Of a DNA stretch of 64,000 nucleotides, positions 54,207 to 64,000 are shown piece by piece. The stretch comes from Macrostomum lignano (Eukaryota): the NCBI GenBank assembly GCA_002269645.1, contig NIVC01003172.1:50705-114704 (forward strand), read 5' to 3'. A program made the translations under genes and the position numbers. The notes below the pieces were generated by a model. It saw only the letters and a program-made list of their open reading frames with translations, did not search any database and had not been told where the DNA came from. The number at the start of each line of letters is the position of its first letter. Position 1 is the first letter of the stretch.

Positions 54207-54620
54207 TCTCGTTCATTTCTCTTTTATCTCTACCATATCTCCCCTTCTCTCTCTCTCCCTTTTACCCTCCTTCTCTCATCCAACTCCCCCATCTCTCCTT
54301 CATTGTCCTCCATCTCTCCCACTATCAGTCCCATTCTCCCCCCATTTTTCCCATTCTCCTATCTCTTACCCATCTCTGTCTGTACAGCTCCATGCACAGT
54401 CTTCCAGCTCTTCTGTCTCCCATTCCCGAACACATCTCTTTTCTTTCTCATCTCCAACCATCTCTGCCCCATCTCTACCCTGCTTTTCGTCAGTCTACCC
54501 TATTTTTCCATCTCTCTTATGTCTCAATATTCTCTTCTCAAAATATTTTTTCCATTTAACTCATATATTTTGTTCCACTTAAATAATTCCTATCTACATC
54601 TCCCTAGTCCTGCTTTTGCC
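54165..54620. repeat. (CT)n followed by CT-rich low-complexity sequence
   Basis: Direct. Confidence 0.85.
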
Positions 54621-55149
54621 TTGTAGCCAACTTGTATTCCAATTTTCCTGGCCTGTCCGCATGCCTGGTTTCCCAGCCATGGACTTCAATATTGGTCTTC
54701 AATATTGACACTCTATATGGCCGGGCAGCCAAAATCTACAATTAATATTGACAGATCAAGCTTCATTTTTGACAAATTCTGTTTTAATTTCGACAATGCT
54801 GAGAGAATTCGGTAATACAGTAATTCAATAAAAGCCTGAACGGTGCTAAAGCAGCTCATTCTGACCTTGTTTTGGAGATCTACAAGTACTGATCAAAAAT
54901 TTTCTGCATCCTCTCATACACTGACAAAAATATCCTGACTTAAAAAATTCGGGTACCCGAAAATTCCAATTCATTCTTGACAACTCTTAATCAATATTAA
55001 ACAGTTTACAATCAATTTAAACAAGAGAAAAGCTTGGAAATGTCGAAGCAGTCTTTTTTCTATGGCAGTTTGCTTTTATCTATGTCTTGAGGCTGCCTGT
55101 GCCTCGAATCTAATTATTGGCTACCTGCTTCAGTTTTTTTTTGATTTTT

Positions 55150-55765
55150 TGGGATTTCTGGGACAGACTGACTCTAAATGGGGATTTCTGAGACAGATCC
55201 TGACTCCCAATGGGATTTCTGAGACAGACTGACTCTTAATGGGATTTCTGAGACAGACTGACTCCCAATGGAATTTCTGAGACAGACTGACTCCCAATGG
55301 GATTTCTGAGACAGACTGACTCCCAATGGGATTTCTGAGACAGACTGACTCCCAATGGGGATTTCTGAGACCCACCAGCGCGGCCCGTTGTCCCCGGATC
55401 TGTCCAGTGCGATGTCGGCTGGGGAGGCGTCCGCGCTGCTGGCCAGCTGCCAAGTGGGTTGCAGGTGGGGCTTCTGGGAGCTTGAAGTTCAAGCAATGTA
55501 GAGGCTGATTGGAGAGAATCTCATTGCTATAGTGATGGATTTTGTGGAGAATCTCATTGCTATAGTGGTGGATTTGGGGAGAATCTCATTGCTATAGTGG
55601 TGGATTTGGGGAGAATCTCATTGCTATAGTGGTGGATTTGGGGAGAATCTCATTGCTATAGTGGTGGATTTAGGGAGAATCTCATTGCCATAGTGGTTGG
55701 TGGATTTGGGGAGAATCTCATTGCCATAGTGGTTGGTGGATTTCGGGAGAATCTCATTGCTATAT
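55150..55765 (-). pseudogene. Inverted, internally deleted copy of the LRRC40 intron 1 / exon 2 start / intron 2 repeat region
   Basis: 55371-55503 is the reverse complement of about 50527-50671, flanked by the LRRC40 32-bp (55510-55765) and 30-bp (55150-55370) intronic repeats in inverted orientation. Confidence 0.88.
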
Positions 55766-56424
55766 TTGCTATTCATAATGTAAAGATCATTAAATCAAGG
55801 CTTGCAATAGCATAATTAAGGAAGTCAATACTGTGTAACTCACCGATTTTCCTCTGAAAGTACTTTACTTTCAGGTCACAGAAGGCATTATTTTAACTAA
55901 AGGCCAATTGTTGTAGTGCGCTTGGAACAAATTGATCAGCTGATTTCCAGTATTTCTGCACAGTGTATTTGTAATTTTATCAATCTGAGCGCTTGCCCAT
56001 CATGCACAAATTCATACCGAAATATTTAGTCATTTAGTCATGCCAATACCTGCCAGTTTGGCTCGTACACTGAAGCCAGTGCAAAACAGATAATGATGGC
56101 GTCCGCGCTAATAATTTATGAGTTTTAGGATCGGAGAATAAAACAATTTGACAGCAATTTGATTTGCGATATCAAAGCAATTAAGTACACTGACTGGGCT
56201 GGCTTAGAAATTAAGATTAATTATCAGCGGATTGAATGCATTGAATGAATGGTGGGTCAGGCTTGAGAATACCAATTTGGTTTGATTGCAGTGCAGATAA
56301 TCGTAAATCACAGGGTATTCAGAGGCTAAACAGGTTCGGGATACAGCATAGCTACGAGCGTACTTCTTATCTGACTCTGAAAATCCAAGTAGAGAAACAT
56401 ATCGCTGCTGACTGAACTGCGAGC

Positions 56425-58492
56425 TCACTGGATCAGCCACTGCTGTGCAGATACCGTGAAGACAGCCAGAGAGCAGACGGTTCCAGCACTGAGCCACGCC
56501 AGATCCACATTTAGTTGAGCCGACGATTTCACCTGCGTCGAGTTTCGTGGCGACGACTTTGCCGTGGAGTTGGCTGTTGACTTGGCCTTGTTCGGGTCAT
56601 TCGTTAAACTTTGCGCCACAGTCGAGTCGAGTTCGCACCATTGCGTTCTGTCTACAGCAAATGGCTCTTTAAGCGATGTCATCGTCTTGGCATAAATAAA
56701 GTGAAGACTAGACTCACTGGACACGTTCGCAGCGGAAATGGCAATCACTGCTATCCACATTTGAGGCTCATTCAGAGCCATATACTGGCTGTAGATGTTC
56801 ACCGAAGATTGGTTGGTGACGGCCAGTTCTGGACAGGAGCTATAGTTACGGCCCTTTGAAGTGGTGCAGCTGTCCCCTGATTTTTCGTAGCGAATGCTGT
56901 AGACAGGCACTTCTGTTGGCGGTAATTTAGATGCTCATAAGCGTCAAAATAAGTGAAATTTGCATGGCGGCTGCGCAATGGATATTTGGGATACTGTTTA
57001 CTCTTTGAACAGAATGCCAAAGAGTGTGCTTTTGTAACTTAATGGCGTGAAAAATATACATATCGGTACAATTCATATTTCAGCTTGTATTTCAACAATC
57101 AGCAGAGCTGCTGCAAGCGTTGCACCTACCTGCTTTAGGCGGGAGTAGACCAGACGGATCTTCAACGGGATACCATTTGATCTCAAATATTTTGCTCGCG
57201 TTATTCAAGTTACTTTTATAGATCCACGTAACTTTTTCAGGCACAATACGACGTCTGTCAAAGTTGGGGTCCTCCGCCTGAACTGTCAAAGTGCCGGCAG
57301 ACAATTCCACTTGGAGCGGGTACGTGACTTTCACAGTGACATCGTATTGACCAGCTTTCTGTACTGCATTAAGTGGTATCTGGGCGGTGAATACTCCGTC
57401 ACCTGTACGAAGAAAATGCGAGTAAAATGAGTCTTAAATCGTTGTCTGAGAGTAACAGATTTAATCCAGCTACTGAAAGTTTAGTCTTTACTCACTGCGA
57501 CGTTGTTCGAATATACAAAATCGAGCCACTTCCGTGTTGCCTGCTTCGACCACTGCGTACATGCGATACTTGTGTTGAATTTGGGATGTTGGTAACAGAT
57601 ACACGTCGACACTGATTGAAGTATCATACTTGACCATTTTTACTTTTTTTGGTGACACTTCAAAGATAGAATCTTTAGGAAGCCAATGAGGTCGTGCCGT
57701 GATAACTACACGCATGTTTGTCGCCGCCTGTCTGCGAATCCGGCGTGCGAGACCGACTGCGAGATTCGCCAGCGTCCACTTTCCACTCTGTTGGAGTGGC
57801 GGGTTTGAGGCAAGGCGATTTCTATTGGTTTAAGCCTAAAAGTTTAATAGTCTTAGTCTTACTAATTAACTGCCCTAATAATTATTTCTATTTATGGCTT
57901 ATCTGCCCCTGAAAAAGCATATTTAAATTGTAGTGAATGGGAAAGTCAGTTTTAGTTTAGTGTAACACACTGTTACAGTAACTGTTAATATTTCACTTTC
58001 TTTTGTGTTCTACTTTTGCCGTCGTAAAGTAATCCCTCCAGCAAGCGAGAACATTGGCTCATAATGCACGTAATTGGCTCAACTCACCTCAACCTCTGCA
58101 TCAGGAATTTGCATTGTCACGGATCCGACTGCAACATCGACTGTGCAAACGGCGCTGCTGCCACCAGAGCAATCGAAAGTCCTACCGCTCGGCGACCGAA
58201 GCATGAGGCGCAGAGAGTCAACCTTGGCGGGATCGCTTGGCAGAAACAGCGAGAAGACGAGATTGCTGCGAGCGCTGACGTCTAATTCCACCGGATACCG
58301 TAGGTCAAAGGGAACTTGCCTCGAATCCAGCTGCTTGTCATGCACGTCGCCGTCTGCGGATATTTGCACAAAGACTGGGAAGTCGTTATAGTAGCCGTCA
58401 TCAGCGAGATGCAGTTTGCTTGACGCATCGAGCTGGATGCAAAAAGCAGCCAGAAAAGTCATGAAGATTGTGCTGGCGTTTTTTAGCCTCAT
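56425..58492 (-). CDS. Secreted/possibly GPI-anchored CLCA-related protein, 485 aa; exons 58492-58088, 57787-57496, 57402-57130, 56912-56425
   Basis: Signal peptide MRLKNASTIFMTFLAAFCIQLDAS; GT-AG introns with consistent phases (0, 1, 1); motifs paralleling the CLCA C-terminal half (LRSPSG, QIPDAEVESGKW, DGVFTA..GQYDVTVKV, EIKWYPVED, MWIAVIAI); hydrophobic C-terminus. Confidence 0.72.
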
Positions 58493-59363
58493 GTTTAAGA
58501 ATTCTGTGCAGATAAAAGTTGACAGAATTTCTATGCTGAGCGATGGCTCTGCAAGAGATGAACTGGCGCTGGCAAGCAACTCAGCTCGATACTGCCGGCT
58601 TTAAGCTTCGTGCATTAATTTGAATATTTGATTGTTGTATAAAAGTACTTTTAGACCAAACTCAAAAACATGGCGGCTCGAGCGGTAGCAAGCGGCAAAT
58701 AGTCTATGGGCCTGAGGGCGGTCAGGCTTAGAAAACAAGTTCAGGTTGAACTTTTGGAAGCAAATATCAAAGCAGAAAGCAAATTTCATAGAATGCCATA
58801 GAATGTGACTTTGTTTCTTTTGAATTTTAAGTTAGCGCGTGCGCGTCAACCTGGGACGATTTTGACCACAGACAGTCTGAATTGATTTTCTTCTGTTCAA
58901 ATAGAAAGGGATTTTCCGCAATTTTCTGAATGAATTTCCGCAAGCGCTGATTTTTATTAAAGTGTCTGAATTGAAGTTCTGCTTGTTTCTTTTGAACATG
59001 AATTTGCTCAAAATAGGAGGTAAAATGGTGTTTTAACCGCTGTCATTCTTTAACCCTTTTGGTTGTTCTATGAATCAGTAATTCCAAATAATTAATTAAT
59101 AAAAAAATTAATTTTTTACAAGCCTCTGTTTTCCCCATTTAAGTGAAACACGTAGCTAATTTTTTAACTAGAACAATTAGTACAATTTAATTGTTCAGAA
59201 TCTTATGATGCAGAAACCCATAGTGCAAAATCCCATGTTGCATGTCGAATCCCATACTGCTGCAGGACCTCATGGAGCATGCAGAATCCCATACTGCTGC
59301 AGGACCTGTTGTCTAGTAGCTCATTCAGGCACTCCACCAGCTCCTCCACTCTAGCAAAACGTC

Positions 59364-59573
59364 CAAGGCCTTATGCTCTCTTCCATCTGAGACAGTGATG
59401 CAGTAAGGCTCGTCAACATTGAACCACGCAGCAGGCAGATGTATTTCAGTCGGACCTGCCTCATAGTCCTCATTTCAATCCAAGTAAATAGGTGAAGGAA
59501 GAAGAAAATGAAATTCACTAGGAGTACCTTCAGCATGTTGACTGATGACAATATTCTTCATATTACGATTGAA
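59364..59573 (-). pseudogene. Polinton/adintovirus penton (minor capsid)-like 5' fragment, copy 1
   Basis: From ATG 59561: MKNIVISQHAEGTPSEFHFLLPSPIYLD*NEDYEAGPTEIHLPAAWFNV resembles the remembered penton motif F.V.LP.PI.L...WEVGL.EI.YP..W.N; diverged direct repeat of 61192-61387. Confidence 0.55.
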
Positions 59574-59659
59574 TACGTCAGTTTGAGGCAGGTATCTGAG
59601 TCTAACTGGTTTTAACCCCCCCGCGCCGGCCTGGCCTCGCTTTTGTTACTGCACTTACT

Positions 59660-61008
59660 ATGGACTGCACGCTAAGCAGCATGACCGTACAGACCCTCAA
59701 AGATGCCTTACGCGAGAAGGCCTTACCTACAAATAAAGAAGAGCTGATAGGCCGCCTGCTCGCTGCACGAGCTCCCAGCGACCACGACGGTGACGACAAC
59801 CAGGACGAGATGACGTGCGCCGGGCTGCGCCAGCGGAGGAGGCCACAGAAGCGCAGATTCGGCAGGCTCAGAAGAGGATCGAGCTGCTGAAACTGCAGAA
59901 GGCTGAGGCCCAGTTGCGGGATGAAGTGCAGTCGATCCGCAGTGGCACCGCATCGCCCCAGCTGGCCAGAGGAGAGCCGGACATCTACGCCAGCCTGTTT
60001 GGGGACCAGAGCCGACAACCGAGGTTTGATTCGGCCAGAGCCCAGCGGCCCCCATCAGCGGTGCTCATCCCGGACTTCCTGGACAAGAGGCAGCAGTCGG
60101 GAGAATGGCTGACACAGGAACGCGGTCGCCTGACTCTGAAAGGCGCCACGCCGAGCCTGTCCGGAGTCAATTTCGGCCAGTGGGTGGCTGCCAACGCGCA
60201 GATCATGCAGGGCCGGCAGCAGGAACACTCGAAGACTCGGATGAGGAGTTTCTGATCGCGGGAATTCGCGATGGCTTTCGCATTACCGACGCGGCTCCGA
60301 CCAGCGAATCCCGGCTCGAAAATCATGCATCCGCACGCTGCGAGGCGAATCGGCATGCCGTTGAGCTGCAGATCATAGAGGAGGTCGTGGCTAGCCGCGG
60401 TACATCTGCGTAACTGACTTGGGCCGATCATCATCAGCCCACTGGGCGCCATCCCGAAGGCAGACGGCGCCATCCGCCTAATTCACGACGCGTCCGCGCC
60501 GCAGGGCAATAGCCTCAACGATCTGTACAAGCCCCGCCAGAAGCTGAAGTTTGCCAATGTCGAGGATCTCACCATGGCAGCTGGCACCAGGCTGGTTCAT
60601 CAGCAAGAGGTCGATCTTCGCCACGCCTACCGAAGCGTTCAGGTGCACCCAGACTGCTATCAGGCGACGGGGCTCCGGTGGACGTTCGAGCTGGACGGTC
60701 AGCCAACCTGCCTGGTTGACACGCGATTCCCATTCGGTGCAGCGGCATCAGTCAACATTTTCCACCGCCTAACGCAAGCTGTCAAGCGCTACATGCACAG
60801 GCAATTCTCGCATCTGTCCAAATTCGCCGGCATCGCATACCTCGACGATTTCTGCATAGCTGCTCAGGACTACGAGGTCTGCCTGCAGCTGCACAATTTT
60901 CTGCTGGCCACTCTGCAGCGCCTCGGCTTTGAGATCAACTGGGCCAAGACTCAGAGCCCAGCCACTTCGGTCACTTTCCTGGGTATGCAGATCGACACAT
61001 TGACTTGA
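59660..61008 (+). mobile_element. Decayed DIRS-order (Ngaro-like) retrotransposon fragment: SAP-domain gag-like ORF plus RT
   Basis: MTVQTLKDALREKALPTNKEELIGRLL (SAP-like); LIPDF and GQWVAANAQIM (DIRS-type gag); EFLIAGIRDGFRI, ISPLGAIPKADGAIRLIHDAS, DLRHAYR, PFGAAAS, YLDDF, VTFLGMQIDT (RT); frameshifts, deletions, no RNaseH or YR. Confidence 0.82.
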
Positions 61009-61191
61009 GAAGATAGACGGCCTTCGAGAACTTCTCCAGGACTGCGCCAACTCAAAGAGCCTGCAAAAACCGAACTGGTTCTGCAAAGTTGCCAAACCCG
61101 CAAAGGCCCTGCTCCGCGCGCTGCTGGAGATAACCATCGCTATTCCTGAGCAGCATCATCGAGACCAAATTGATCAGGTTATTGATCAGGA

Positions 61192-61571
61192 CCAAGGCCT
61201 CATGCTCTCTTCCATCTGAGACAGTGATGCAGTAAGGCTTGTCAACATTGAACCATGCAGCCAGACCTGCCTCATAGTCCACATTTCGATTTAAGTAAAT
61301 AGGTGAAGACAGGTGAAAATAAAAGACACCAGGAGTGCCTTCAGCATGTTGACTGTTGATGGCAATATTCTTCATAGTACGATTGAACAAATAATGACAG
61401 TTGAATCAACCAGCTAAACTTTTCTTAAGTCTTTGTCGTCTACCCAGCCAGTCGGGTCGTAGCCGGCCCACTTGACCAGATAGCGAATTTCCCCTTCCGC
61501 TTCTCAGTCTTTAGGGACTTCTCGATCACATACAGCCACTGCGAGTCCGGGACAGCCTGCAGCTCGTGCAT
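61192..61571 (-). mobile_element. Polinton/Maverick relic: integrase C-terminal chromodomain (61571-61414) followed by a penton-like ORF start (ATG 61375)
   Basis: HELQAVPDSQWLYVIEKSLKTEKRKG/EIRYLVKWAGYDPTGWVDDKDL (one-base frameshift in a G run) is a chromodomain of the Polinton-integrase type; 38 bp later MKNIAINSQHAEGTPGVFYFHLSSPIYLNRNVDYEAGL. Confidence 0.65.
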
Positions 61572-61866
61572 GTCAATTAGTCATTAGTCATGTCAAAAGG
61601 GCAGTTTGAAATTTTTACGTCCAACCGGAGTTCATGAGCATTGGCAGCTCGTCTTTCTTTTCTGATTAAAACAAACCTTGAGAGTGGCTGGGTCTCACCC
61701 AGCTAGCTGCTCATCCAAAGCATTTTTGCGCCCCAGATTTTTTAACTACTTTGAAGTACTTCATGAATGAAGGTCACACCTGACCTCAAAATGAATTATA
61801 TTGCACAGAGATGCAAAACTGTTTGCGGTGTAATTAATTGGTCTGGATTGGTCGCATCAATGGGGG

Positions 61867-61968
61867 GTTAACTGGAAGAGAGAACTCCAGGCAACGGCCA
61901 AAGCCACGAGCGGCGCTAGCCGCGAGTGGAAATTTGGCCGTTGCCTGGAGTTCTCTCTTCCAGTTAAC
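61867..61968. repeat. 102-bp hairpin with perfect 36-bp inverted arms
   Basis: 61867-61902 is the exact reverse complement of 61933-61968; the 30-bp spacer is itself partly self-complementary. Confidence 0.95.
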
Positions 61969-62060
61969 TTCATTGCAGGAAATATCTATGGCATGAATCG
62001 AAGTGGCCCAGAAGGAGGAGGCACAAACGTCTATGGCACGAAAGCCAAAAGGCGTGGAGA

Positions 62061-63907
62061 GTTCATGGCAATGACAATCCTATTGATTGAATGGAGGGTT
62101 GAAATGTCTATGGCAAAACTTTCAGTGGGGGTGAAGGGGTTTGTGTGAGGGATTCCCAGGCAGTAAGTAGTCTGTCCAAACCTGTTGATTCAAGAGTTTT
62201 CTGTCCATCATGAGCGACCCGATAATACATTATATTAATTGGGGTAACCTCCCGTGTGAGGACCTCGGCAACATCACGCAGGATGACCTGAACTTCCTCT
62301 CGGAATCCTCTGCCGTTGATCAGCACGACGAAGATTTCGATGCGTTCCTGAAGTATGTCCAAAATGGTCCAGCTGATACTGGGCTGCCAATGATCGATGG
62401 AGATGAAAAGATAGACGTTTCCGAGATGGACAGAATCGAGATCGAGAGTCTGCCTGAGGATACTCGGAAGCAGATGTACCAGCATGGCCAACGTTTTCGA
62501 GACTTCCTGGAAGGGAGAATCTGCGCAACATTCAGCATGTCAACAATCCTACATTGAACCAATATCTTCGGTACTTCTAGTTCAAGCTGAAGAAACAGGA
62601 TGGCTCGTTCTACTCGCCGGCCTCTCTCATCTGTATCCGGGCTGGAATTCAGCGTTTCCTACGCATGGTTCTGAAGCTGCCTGTCGATATAATCGGTGGT
62701 GAGGAATTCAATTCCTGCAACGAGATGCTGCGTGTCAAGGTTCGTGATTTCCATCGAGATGGTGGCTGCACCAGGCAGTATGAACCAATTGAAGAAGGCG
62801 ACATGCAGAAGTTGCGGTGCTACTTTGAAGGGACTACGGCTGAAATCGAGCAGGCTAAATTTCTGTTCTATGTTCTTTACTCCTTTGGAGAGCGTGGCCA
62901 GGAGCATCTGAAGTTCCTGAGACAAAGGGACTCGCTTGAATTGCACACGGATTCTGACGGCAAGGAGTACTACTGTCTTCCTGCTCTGCCAACGAAGAAT
63001 AAGTCAGCCGATCCTGTGAAGGCGAAGGCCAGGCCGGACAACAAACAAGCTCGGATCTACGACACGGCCAAAGTGAGGAGATATCTACAACTGCTACCTC
63101 CAACAACCAAGGACAACCATCTGTTCCCGCGTCCACTATCCAACACGGATTCCAATGGACAGCCTATGTTCTCAACAAAGCAGAATCGCGGGGAGAACTA
63201 CTTCCTGCGTTTCATGCGAAACTTGAGCGAGAAGGCCGGTTTGTCCAAGATGTACACGAATCATTGCATTCGGTAAGCCTTTTTCTTCATATTGCTTTAA
63301 ACCAGTTGCATATTTTCTATGCAATACTTTATTTCTGTTGTAGAGTGAGCAGGATTGCTGATCTAGAGGCTGCTGGGTACAACCTGGCTGACATCATGTC
63401 GATAACCGGTCAGGTTTCTGAGAGGACAACTCGCCGTTACCTGTCCAAGCGCCGTGATCGCTCGCTGCAGTCTACCAGTGAGGCTGTTTCTATGGCACTT
63501 GATTTGAATGGTTCTTCACAAGCTGTTGCGACTCCATTGCGTGAGAGTTCACCGGTGCCAGTACCTGTGTCGTCTTCCGTGCAGATCACCGGCATCAGTC
63601 ATGACAATCCGTCGGTCAGGTACAGTTTCCACAACTGTTCATTCAATGGTTGCAAATTTGAGTAATGGACTCAACCGTCGTATTTTCTGGACTTTCTCCT
63701 GCTGTCGTGATGAGAACATGACCATAGGTTAGACTTGCACTCAATTGACTAAGCAGTGTTATTGTTGGAACATTTTTTGTTGGACTTCAATAAATATAAG
63801 AATTTCACGCTTCGTGTTACTTTTTTCGCCTATGGTATTGTTGTCCAGTCTTGTTTTTTTACCTCCAGAAAATGGCCGGTCATTGTCCGGAGGTCATTGC
63901 CATGAAC
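62061..63907 (+). mobile_element. Crypton-like (DUF3504-type) tyrosine-recombinase element with 15-bp inverted termini
   Basis: GTTCATGGCAATGAC (62061-62075) / GTCATTGCCATGAAC (63893-63907) enclose a YR gene; the first 83 bp of a second copy start at 63918. Confidence 0.75.
62210..63665 (+). pseudogene. Crypton-type tyrosine recombinase; exons 62210-63272 and 63344-63665; one frameshift (about 62515) and one in-frame TAG (62578)
   Basis: LNQYLRYF*FKLKKQDGSFYSPASL..IRAGIQR, GERGQEH, YTNHCIR (split by a 71-bp phase-2 GT-AG intron), IMSITGQ.S...RRY, C-terminal FHNCSFNGC. Confidence 0.82.
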
Positions 63908-64000
63908 AAATATTTCGGGCAATGACAATCCTATTGATTGAATGGAGGGTTGAAATGTCTATGGCAAAACTTTCAGTGGGGGTGAAGGGGTTTGTGTGAG

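Overview
Eukaryotic (metazoan) genomic DNA with spliceosomal GT-AG introns. GC-rich coding exons and introns packed with tandem repeats resemble a Macrostomum-type flatworm genome; this is an inference and was not verified. Eight protein-coding genes can be reconstructed by hand: the first exon of a twist bHLH gene (-), an intronless secreted M13/neprilysin-like peptidase (-), an intronless SOBP-like zinc-finger gene with a frameshift (+), a same-strand trio NDC80 -> RAD54B -> OXSM (-) that looks like a trans-spliced operon, LRRC40 (+, divergent from NDC80), and a CLCA-derived secreted protein lacking the protease and VWA domains (-). Mobile DNA includes a decayed RTE-like LINE, a tRNA-derived SINE with a target-site duplication (TSD), a 1.0-kb Mutator-like element with a 9-bp TSD, and nested MITE/hAT remnants. 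The last 4.7 kb hold a Polinton/Maverick relic (integrase chromodomain plus penton-like start), a DIRS/Ngaro-like SAP-gag/RT fragment, a 102-bp hairpin, and an intron-containing Crypton-type tyrosine-recombinase element with inverted termini and a head-to-tail junction. About 30 unrelated tandem arrays generate most of the long ORFs in the track; these are artefacts. Exon coordinates, phases and repeat periods were counted by eye. Family assignments rest on remembered motifs, not database searches.
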